Shown piece after piece: positions 37,548 through 44,042 of a stretch of DNA of 45,552 bases. Numbering within the stretch: the stretch's first letter is position 1; every line of letters starts with the position of its first letter. The notes beneath the pieces are model-generated. The model searched no databases. It worked only from the letters and a program-made list of their open reading frames with translations, and was not told where the DNA came from. Made by a program: the position numbers and the translations under genes. This stretch comes from Chloroflexota bacterium (lineage in GTDB: Bacteria; Chloroflexota; Anaerolineae; Promineifilales; Promineifilaceae), in contig JAKEFB010000305.1 of the NCBI GenBank assembly GCA_022616275.1, forward strand, positions 1 through 45,552. Reading direction: 5' to 3'.

Positions 37548-38376
37548 GAATAACCTTCCAAAAACCATCGTCACGCTTGAAGTGAAGTTCCTGCACTGGG
37601 ACCAGCCGGGCAATCTGATTGCAGACCGAGAGCAGCGTGCCGCTCAAGCTTAGCTCCCGGACGACAAAGGGCGAGGCTGCTACCAGGTCAGCCACTCCTT
37701 TGACGTGGGGAATGGGTTTCAGATAATGGGAAACATCCTGCTTCAAGCGAAAAAGCCCTCTCAATGGCGCTTGTAAATTGGCGCGCGGCGCATCGGAAAA
37801 CTCGCCTCGGAAAGGAACGCCATACAGAGTACAGCCTTCTTCGCCGGCGCGAATGATCACCAGGTCGTCACTGACCACGTGGGCCGCCCTGGCCGCCAGA
37901 CGGGAAGTGGTGGTCTTGCCCGCGCCGCTGGGGCCAAAGAAAACGTAACCCTGGCCATCCCGGATCACGCCGGCGGCGTGCAGCAGCAAGGCTTGGTTTT
38001 TCAGACACAACCAGGCATAGAGAACCCGCAGGAAGTTCTCTACCTGAGCTTCGGGAGCCATTTCCAGGACGCCGCGGCCGGCGACCAGATCTACTTCGCC
38101 CTGTTCCTGGTAGGAACAGTAGACCAGGCGATTGGCTTCGTAGCTGGCCTGAATGATCCAGGCCCCGGGTTCTGGTGTAATGAACAGCGCGCCAGGCGTA
38201 ACTTTTAAGGTAACGGTAATAAGCGGCGGCTCTGTAGGGCTAAGAAACTCCTGGTAATGGCTGTAGAGCCGGCCAACAACGGCCTGGTCATCCGTCTCCA
38301 AAGCAACGACAAAATCAGCGATGTTGATGAGAAAACGATGGCGACTTTGTTCGTTAATTGTCAAGAGAACCCTCAC
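37483..38376 (-). CDS. HprK-related kinase-like protein (HPr kinase C-terminal-like P-loop domain)
   Basis: 297 aa, GTG start; …LLLHAAGVIRDGQGYVFFGPSGAGKTTTS… Walker A in HprK-C-like context. Confidence 0.65.
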   Translation of the reverse strand: MRVLLTINEQSRHRFLINIADFVVALETDDQAVVGRLYSHYQEFLSPTEPPLITVTLKVTPGALFITPEPGAWIIQASYEANRLVYCSYQEQGEVDLVAGRGVLEMAPEAQVENFLRVLYAWLCLKNQALLLHAAGVIRDGQGYVFFGPSGAGKTTTSRLAARAAHVVSDDLVIIRAGEEGCTLYGVPFRGEFSDAPRANLQAPLRGLFRLKQDVSHYLKPIPHVKGVADLVAASPFVVRELSLSGTLLSVCNQIARLVPVQELHFKRDDGFWKVIHGDMAEIPQAASSDGRSGYRR

Positions 38377-38397
38377 AAAACCTGGCTCAATAATACC

Positions 38398-38426
38398 ATA
38401 GTACCATAGGTACTGGTGCAGGTCAA
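38398..38426 (-). promoter_or_regulatory. sigma70-like promoter for RiPP-like operon (minus strand: TTGACC–17 nt–TACTAT)
   Basis: Reverse complement of 38421-38426 = TTGACC; of 38398-38403 = TACTAT; GTG start at 38376. Confidence 0.45.
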
Positions 38427-38445
38427 AAAGGTTGGCTCATGTCAC

Positions 38446-38506
38446 AAGTGCCAGGCACTTCAACTGACATTGACCGCTGCTCAAAATGGACAACTGCCTG
38501 GCACTT
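38446..38506. promoter_or_regulatory. Two 15-bp palindromic operator-like sites (AAGTGCCAGGCACTT and AACTGCCTGGCACTT), 46 bp centre-to-centre, immediately upstream of the -35
   Basis: Sites at 38446-38460 and 38492-38506; each internally palindromic; together also a 12-bp inverted repeat. Confidence 0.5.
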
Positions 38507-38513
38507 TCACAGG

Positions 38514-38876
38514 TTATCCTCCGGCCGTCAAAGCAATAGGGTCCGTGCGGGTGGCGTTGCCGTTACGGTCAATGGTTTCGAGCAGGTAATAGTAAGTCTT
38601 GCCCCGGACTATGTCTCGGTCTACGTAGGTATGCCGGTCACCAATAAAGGGATCAGCCGCCGGCGGAATTAGCTCGTTATTAACTTTAACGAACTCACCA
38701 TCCGCTGCTTCGGCCCGATAAAGGTTGAAACCAATAATGTCCAGCTCGCTCTCTGTTGTCCAGGTGATAGTAAGCTCGGCCGGCCGCAGGACACAGGCTA
38801 CCAGGCCAGCCATACTGGTAGTGAAACAAAGGAAGGTGAGCAGGAGGTGATAGACAGATGATAACTTCTTGAACAC
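38514..38876 (-). CDS. Small secreted FN3-like domain protein (paralog of N-terminal domain of 30818..31831)
   Basis: Within ORF 38514..39080; probable GTG start ~38876 giving signal peptide VFKKLSSVYHLLLTFLCFTT…; LTITWTTESELDIIGFNLYR…YYYLLETIDRNGN. Confidence 0.55.
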   Translation of the reverse strand: MFKKLSSVYHLLLTFLCFTTSMAGLVACVLRPAELTITWTTESELDIIGFNLYRAEAADGEFVKVNNELIPPAADPFIGDRHTYVDRDIVRGKTYYYLLETIDRNGNATRTDPIALTAGG

Positions 38877-38899
38877 GTGTGGATTGTAAAAAAGGAGTT

Positions 38900-38958
38900 G
38901 CAAACTCGCAACCTTGCAAACTCGCAACCTCGCAACCTCGCAAACTCGCATACTTGCC
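38900..38958. repeat. Octanucleotide tandem repeat (GCAAMCTY)x7 in divergent intergenic region
   Basis: GCAAACTC GCAACCTT GCAAACTC GCAACCTC GCAACCTC GCAAACTC GCATACTT GCC. Confidence 0.8.
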
Positions 38959-39008
38959 CCCTGCCCTTTGCACCCTGGCCAACTCACCTTACAATCGAAG
39001 TGACGGTT

Positions 39009-40142
39009 ATGAAGATTGCTTTTGTCTCCGCCCTTGATCCCCGCTATCACGTTGATTACTTTTCGGGTATCCCCTACCATCTGTTTCGGGCGCTGGCCCG
39101 GCGGGTGGAGATTGTGCCTGTGCCTGTGGCGGCCGAAAGGCCACCGGCCTGGTATCGCCTCTACACCCGGCTGCGGCGAAGGCTGGCCGGCCGGCCGGAC
39201 ACCTGGGGGCTGCGGCCGGGTGTGCTACAGCGCCTGGCCCATGGCGCGGCCGCGGCCGTCGCTCAGTCTGGGGCCGACGTCGCTCTATCTATTGGCCAGG
39301 GCTGCCTGGCCTTTTGGGCCGGGCCGGTCCCGATGGCCTCGTTTTCTGACGTGCTCTATGGCGGTCTCAACCCCTTTCCCGACCAGCAAGGGCAGCCGCG
39401 CCCCCTGGCCCAAGCCTATCGGGAGCAACTGGCTCGCATTGCCCAACGAGCCGCCGATAACGCCGTCCGCGTTTTTATTACGTCCGAATTTGCCTTGCAA
39501 GGAGCGTTGGCCTTTGGCACGCGCCTGCCCCGGGAAAAGGTAGTGATCACCCAGATAGGGGCTAACTTCGAGGAGTGGCCGCCAGCTCCCGGGCCACGCC
39601 GGCCGCCGCCGCCGTTAAAACTATTGTGGGTGGGTACTGGTTGGGCTGGCAAGGGTGGCGAAGATTGCCTGGCCGTCCTCGACGCTCTGCACCGGGCCGG
39701 CGTGGAAGCTGAGTTGAGCCTGGCCGGCCGGGTCCCGTCCGGGCTGGCCCGTCCCCACGTCGTCTACCACGGTTTTCTGCATAAGGATGTGCCCGAGGAA
39801 CAGCAGCGCCTGTTGGCCCTTTACCGGGAGGCGCACCTGTTCCTGCTGCCCACCCGCAAGGACTTCACTCCCTGCGGGCTGGCCGAAGCGGCGGCGATGG
39901 GCCTGCCGGCCGTCACCACGCTGGTGGGTGGCATTCCCGGCATGTTTGCCGCCGACGAAGTGGTTCTGCTAGATATAGCTCACTATCGAGAGCAGGCTCC
40001 GGCCGCCATTAACCAACTGCTTCAGGACGGCCGGTTGGAAGAAATGGCCGGCAAAGTCCGCCACCGTTTCGAGTCTACGCTCAATTGGGATACGATTGCT
40101 GCTATAATAATTAGTGAGTTAGAACGTGCTCTTAAGAGGTGA
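39009..40142 (+). CDS. Glycosyltransferase family 1 (GT4-type)
   Basis: ORF 38877..40142; conserved-looking start MKIAFVSALDP at 39009; C-terminal GT1 region …LLPTRKDFTPCGLAEAAAMGLPAVTTLVGGIP…. Confidence 0.8.
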   Translation: MKIAFVSALDPRYHVDYFSGIPYHLFRALARRVEIVPVPVAAERPPAWYRLYTRLRRRLAGRPDTWGLRPGVLQRLAHGAAAAVAQSGADVALSIGQGCLAFWAGPVPMASFSDVLYGGLNPFPDQQGQPRPLAQAYREQLARIAQRAADNAVRVFITSEFALQGALAFGTRLPREKVVITQIGANFEEWPPAPGPRRPPPPLKLLWVGTGWAGKGGEDCLAVLDALHRAGVEAELSLAGRVPSGLARPHVVYHGFLHKDVPEEQQRLLALYREAHLFLLPTRKDFTPCGLAEAAAMGLPAVTTLVGGIPGMFAADEVVLLDIAHYREQAPAAINQLLQDGRLEEMAGKVRHRFESTLNWDTIAAIIISELERALKR

Positions 40143-40145
40143 AAC

Positions 40146-40349
40146 GTGAACGTCCGTTGTTCTTACTGTAGCCATACCTTCACTCTATCACGGGAGTACA
40201 TGGCCCAGGCTGTGGCCGGGGCGGCCGAGAAGCGCCAGAAGTATCACGCTATGGAGTGCATCAACTGCCGCAAGCTGATTAAAGTGTCGGTTTCCCAGAT
40301 GAGGCGGTACGTCCCGGAGCCGGAAAGCCCGGCCGGAGAGGAAGGGTGA
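40146..40349 (+). CDS. Small zinc-ribbon protein (CxxC…CxxC)
   Basis: 67 aa; GTG start 3 nt after GT stop, AAGAGG just upstream; Cys5/Cys8 and Cys38/Cys41. Confidence 0.5.
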   Translation: MNVRCSYCSHTFTLSREYMAQAVAGAAEKRQKYHAMECINCRKLIKVSVSQMRRYVPEPESPAGEEG

Positions 40350-40410
40350 TTGGAGATTGGAGACTTCGCCCTGAGACTCAGTCCGAAGGATTAGAGATTG
40401 GAGATTGGGG
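40348..40410. repeat. Two direct copies of GATTGGAGATTGGAG-type repeat flanking a hairpin (CTTCGccCTGAgacTCAGtcCGAAG); terminator-like, between convergent genes
   Basis: 40348-40364 and 40388-40410 motif copies; hairpin 40364-40388. Confidence 0.6.
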
Positions 40411-40417
40411 TGTTGAG

Positions 40418-41017
40418 TTAGGGTTGGTAGAGTCTTTGTTGGGTGATGTACTCCAGCACGGCGGCCGGGACCAGGTAGCGGGGTGAGTGGCCGGAGGCGA
40501 CCCAGCGGCGGATGGCCGTGGCCGAAACATCCAACGATGGCCCGGCCAGGGGGTCTACGACGGCGTCCACGCCGGGGACGGCCAGGGTTAGCGACACCCA
40601 ATCTACCACCACCCCCGGCCGGGGCAACACGCCTAACCGGCACTGGCTAATGACCTGGCGCGGTTGGCGCCAGGTGGGCAAATCGTGCAGCGAATCGGAG
40701 CCAAGGAGCAACCACAGGGCGGCATCCGGGTGGGCCTGGCGCACCAGGGGCAGCAATGTGACCGTGTAATGGGGTAGCGGCCGGCGGATATCGCTTTCGT
40801 CCAGCGCCAGGTGGAGGTTGCCCTGGATAGCCAGGGCCGTCATGGCCAGGCGGTGGTGAGCCGCCGTTACCGGGTCATCCGCTTTGTGGGGCGGCCGGCC
40901 GGCGGGCATAAAAAGCACACGGTCCAGGTTTAGCTGTTGCCGGGCGGCTTCCGCCAGCCACAGATGGCCGATGTGCGGCGGATCAAACGTCCCCCCCAGC
41001 AGCCCTATTCGCTCCAC
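40418..41017 (-). CDS. nadD: Nicotinate-nucleotide adenylyltransferase
   Basis: MERIGLLGGTFDPPHIGHLWLAEAA… (H/T)xGH motif; 199 aa. Confidence 0.9.
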   Translation of the reverse strand: MERIGLLGGTFDPPHIGHLWLAEAARQQLNLDRVLFMPAGRPPHKADDPVTAAHHRLAMTALAIQGNLHLALDESDIRRPLPHYTVTLLPLVRQAHPDAALWLLLGSDSLHDLPTWRQPRQVISQCRLGVLPRPGVVVDWVSLTLAVPGVDAVVDPLAGPSLDVSATAIRRWVASGHSPRYLVPAAVLEYITQQRLYQP

Positions 41018-42267
41018 TCCAGGACCTCGTCGCCGATGTAGACCGTGTCGCCCGGTTCAATACCGGCCTCGGTGAGGGCCTCGCTGATGCCCATTTTCTC
41101 CAGGATGTGCTGGAAGCGCCGGGCCGTGGCTTCAAACTCCCAGTAGGTCATGGCGGCGATGCGCTCAATCTTCTGGCCCTGCACCCGCCAGCCGCCCGCC
41201 TGGCGGCTGATGGTGAAGGCCTCCTCGTCCGGCTCCGGCCGGATCACGACCACGTCGCTGACGGCCGGTTGGGGCGGCGGCGTTTCGTCCACCATTTGCT
41301 TCGCCTGGTAGAGCATCTCGCGCACTCCCTGCCCGGTGGCGGCTGAAATAGCGCAGAAGGGATAACCGGCGGCCATCACCCGCTCGCGTACCAGCGGCTT
41401 CCAGGCCACCGCTTCCGGCAGGTCCATTTTGTTGAGGGCGACCAGTTGTGGTTTTTGGTCCAGGGGAGGATGGTAAAGGGCCAGTTCCTGGTTGATCATC
41501 GCCCAATCTTCCAGCGGGTCGGTGGCGTTGCCGTCCAACAGGTGAACGAGCACCCGTGTCCGTTCGATGTGGCGCAGGAAATCGTGTCCCAGGCCGGCCC
41601 CGGCCGCGGCTCCTTCGATCAGGCCGGGAATGTCGGCCATAACCATCGTCTCGTAATCGTCCAGCTCGACCACCCCCAGGTTGGGCTGGAGGGTGGTGAA
41701 TGGATAATCGGCGATTTTTGGCCGGGCGGCGCTGACCACCGACAGTAAAGTGGACTTGCCGGCGTTAGGCACGCCGACAATACCCACGTCGGCAATCAGC
41801 TTCAGCTCCAGCAGCAGCCACGCCTCCTGACCCGGCTCGCCCCGCTCGGCCAGGCGCGGCGCCTGGTTGACGCTGGTAGCAAAGCGGGTGTTGCCCTTGC
41901 CGCCCCGGCCGCCCTCCAGCACGACGACTGCTTGATCCGGGACAATTAAATCGGCGAGGATGGCGCCCGTTTCAGCCTCGCGGATCAATGTGCCGGGAGG
42001 CACTTCCAGGCGCAGGCTGTCGCCGTTAGCGCCGCTCATCTTCTTGCGGCCGCCGTGGCCACCATTGCCGGCGCGGAAATGGACGTTGCGATGGAAACGG
42101 ACCAGGCTGTTGAGGTTGGGGTTGACGACAAAGATAACGTCCCCACCCCGGCCGCCGTCGCCGCCGTCTGGCCCGCCCCGGGGCACGTGCTTTTCGCGGC
42201 GGAAGCTAATCATGCCGTCGCCGCCGTCGCCGCTGCGGACGTAGATTTTGGCTTGGTCGTAGAACAT
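41005..42267 (-). CDS. obg: GTPase Obg
   Basis: ORF 41005..42312; conserved start MFYDQAKIYVRSGDGGDGMISFRREK… at 42267; Obg fold Gly-rich repeats, G1 GVPNAGKST, G3 DIPG, OCT-like C-terminus. Upstream 15 codons of the ORF lie in the repeat. Confidence 0.9.
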   Translation of the reverse strand: MFYDQAKIYVRSGDGGDGMISFRREKHVPRGGPDGGDGGRGGDVIFVVNPNLNSLVRFHRNVHFRAGNGGHGGRKKMSGANGDSLRLEVPPGTLIREAETGAILADLIVPDQAVVVLEGGRGGKGNTRFATSVNQAPRLAERGEPGQEAWLLLELKLIADVGIVGVPNAGKSTLLSVVSAARPKIADYPFTTLQPNLGVVELDDYETMVMADIPGLIEGAAAGAGLGHDFLRHIERTRVLVHLLDGNATDPLEDWAMINQELALYHPPLDQKPQLVALNKMDLPEAVAWKPLVRERVMAAGYPFCAISAATGQGVREMLYQAKQMVDETPPPQPAVSDVVVIRPEPDEEAFTISRQAGGWRVQGQKIERIAAMTYWEFEATARRFQHILEKMGISEALTEAGIEPGDTVYIGDEVLEWSE

Positions 42268-42274
42268 GGAGGGA

Positions 42275-42331
42275 GGTTGGAGATTAGAGATTAGAGATTG
42301 GAGGTCAAACAATCTCCAATCTCTAATCTCC
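42275..42331. repeat. Inverted copy pair of the dispersed repeat forming a 17-bp perfect-stem hairpin (GAGATTAGAGATTGGAG … CTCCAATCTCTAATCTC)
   Basis: Left arm 42287-42303, loop ~gtcaaaca, right arm ~42312-42328; lies between yceD-like stop and obg start. Confidence 0.7.
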
Positions 42332-42340
42332 TTTTGTTTC

Positions 42341-42850
42341 TCAATCTAACAGTGATCGAAGGGCGGCCAGCCGAGGGTCAATGTCGTCCTTTTCGCAGTC
42401 GCAACTGCCTTCGTTCCAATTCTGGCCGCACTCTGGGCACAGGCCCTTGCAATCCGGCCGGCAGAAAGGCTGCATGGGAATTTCCAGCAGGCTCAGTTCC
42501 CGCACCAGTGGGGCCAGGTCAAGGAAGCCGTCTTCGCCGACGACAAACTCGCCGGGCGGGGCTGTGTAGGGCGGATAGTAAAAGAGGTCGTCCAGTTGAA
42601 TGGTGATGGGAACGGTGACGCTGTCCAGGCAGCGGGCGCACTCAGACTCCATCTTACTGTGCAACGGCCCGGTGATGTAAATACCCTTAGAGTTGCGGAT
42701 GGCCGTGAACGTCCCCGTCAGGGGCGTCAGGGTGATGTCCTCTACCTGGATGGTAGGGTACCTCAGCTCAATCGTCCGGCTTGTGCCCAGGTCGGCCTCG
42801 AACATAAAGCCGAAGTTGAAGCGTAATCTGGAAGCTCGTTTCTCGCTCAC
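42341..42850 (-). CDS. YceD/DUF177 family protein (large-subunit ribosome-assembly associated)
   Basis: 169 aa; C-terminal CxxC…CxxC (…CRPDCKGLCPECGQNWNEGSCDC…) typical of DUF177. Confidence 0.75.
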   Translation of the reverse strand: MSEKRASRLRFNFGFMFEADLGTSRTIELRYPTIQVEDITLTPLTGTFTAIRNSKGIYITGPLHSKMESECARCLDSVTVPITIQLDDLFYYPPYTAPPGEFVVGEDGFLDLAPLVRELSLLEIPMQPFCRPDCKGLCPECGQNWNEGSCDCEKDDIDPRLAALRSLLD

Positions 42851-43080
42851 GGGTTTGCCCTCTTTTCAGGCGGCCGGCGCTCACCGCCGGCCGCCTGAAA
42901 AGAGTATAACATGGGTAGTTGGTACGTCAACGCGAGGCGGCCGTTTCTAACGTGACATATACTCAGCGCAAAGCCTAACCTCTGAGATTTGTTAGACAGT
43001 AAGAGCACACCCTGACAAGCGGCCGGTCCTACGTTATAATCTCAAAAGCTCGATCCAATGAAACTAATCACGAGGAAATT

Positions 43081-43422
43081 ATGGAGTTAGAACGCTATTT
43101 TGAATTCATCAACGACAAGGCTATCCGTATTGCCGGTACTCGCGTGGGTATTGAAACTGTTGTCTCTGACTATCAGGAAGGGGCCAGCCCAGAGGAGATC
43201 GTCCTGCATTATCCGACTCTCTTCCTTGAACAGGTTCACGCGACCATTACCTACTACTTGGCAAATCGGGAAAAGGTTGAAGCCCACTTGGAGCGTATCT
43301 GGCAGGAACAGGAGGAAGCCTGGCAGGAACAACAAGAGCATCCTTCAGAATTCGTGCGTGAACTACGGAAACGGTTGGAGCAAAAACAACTAGAACTAAG
43401 TAAAGCAGAAACACTTCTATAA
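43081..43422 (+). CDS. DUF433-domain protein with C-terminal coiled-coil tail
   Basis: …NDKAIRIAGTRVGIETVVSDYQEGASPEEIVLHYPTLFLEQVHATITYYL… matches DUF433 pattern; AT-richer than flanks. Confidence 0.6.
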   Translation: MELERYFEFINDKAIRIAGTRVGIETVVSDYQEGASPEEIVLHYPTLFLEQVHATITYYLANREKVEAHLERIWQEQEEAWQEQQEHPSEFVRELRKRLEQKQLELSKAETLL

Positions 43423-44042
43423 TGCGGGATATGGTAGGGCAAGTATTGGTGGCAACCCGCAACACAGGCAAAGTAGCCGAGCTGGCCGACCTGCTGCGTG
43501 ATCTGGACGTGGCCTGGTTGAGCCTGGACGAGGCCGGCGTTGCCTTTGAGGTCGAGGAGACAGGGGAAACTTTCGAGGAAAACGCTGTGCTCAAGGCCAC
43601 TACCTACGCCGGAGCCACCGGTCTGCTGACCCTGGCCGACGATTCGGGATTAGAAGTAGACGCGCTCGGCGGCCGGCCGGGGGTCTATACGGCCCGTTAC
43701 GGCGGCGCAGGGCTGACCTCTATCCAGCGCTACGAGCGATTGCTGCAAGAGCTGGCCGGCGTTCCCTGGAAGCGGCGAACGGCCCGTTTCCGCTGCATGA
43801 TTGCCCTGGCTGGGCCCGACGGTCTCATCGGCACGGCCGCCGGGGTATGCGAAGGAAGGATTGCCTGGGAGCCGGCTGGTTCGGGTGGTTTCGGTTACGA
43901 CCCGGTTTTCTATCTGCCGGACCAGGGATTGACCATGGCCCAATTGCCGGCCGAAGAGAAACATAAAATCAGCCACCGCGGCCGGGCCGTGGCCGCGGTG
44001 GCCCCCCTTCTCCGCCGGGCAGTTAAGGATGGTGAACGATGA
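43422..44042 (+). CDS. rdgB: Non-canonical purine NTP pyrophosphatase (RdgB/Ham1 family)
   Basis: …VLVATRNTGKVAEL…TFEENAVLKA…LADDSGLEVDALGGRPGVYTARY…GFGYDPVFY…; possible alternative start at 43431. Confidence 0.88.
   Translation: MRDMVGQVLVATRNTGKVAELADLLRDLDVAWLSLDEAGVAFEVEETGETFEENAVLKATTYAGATGLLTLADDSGLEVDALGGRPGVYTARYGGAGLTSIQRYERLLQELAGVPWKRRTARFRCMIALAGPDGLIGTAAGVCEGRIAWEPAGSGGFGYDPVFYLPDQGLTMAQLPAEEKHKISHRGRAVAAVAPLLRRAVKDGER

Noticed and set aside
38446-38506. Sigma54 (-24 TGGCAC / -12 TTGC) promoter reading of the TGGCAC-containing palindromes here and at 24651-24711
   Set aside because: No TTGC(A/T) element is found at the required 4–5-nt spacing downstream of either TGGCAC in either orientation. 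A palindromic operator interpretation fits better.
4713-42331. CRISPR array interpretation of the recurring CTCCAATCT repeats
   Set aside because: The copies are scattered over 38 kb, not regularly spaced, have no uniform spacers and no cas genes.
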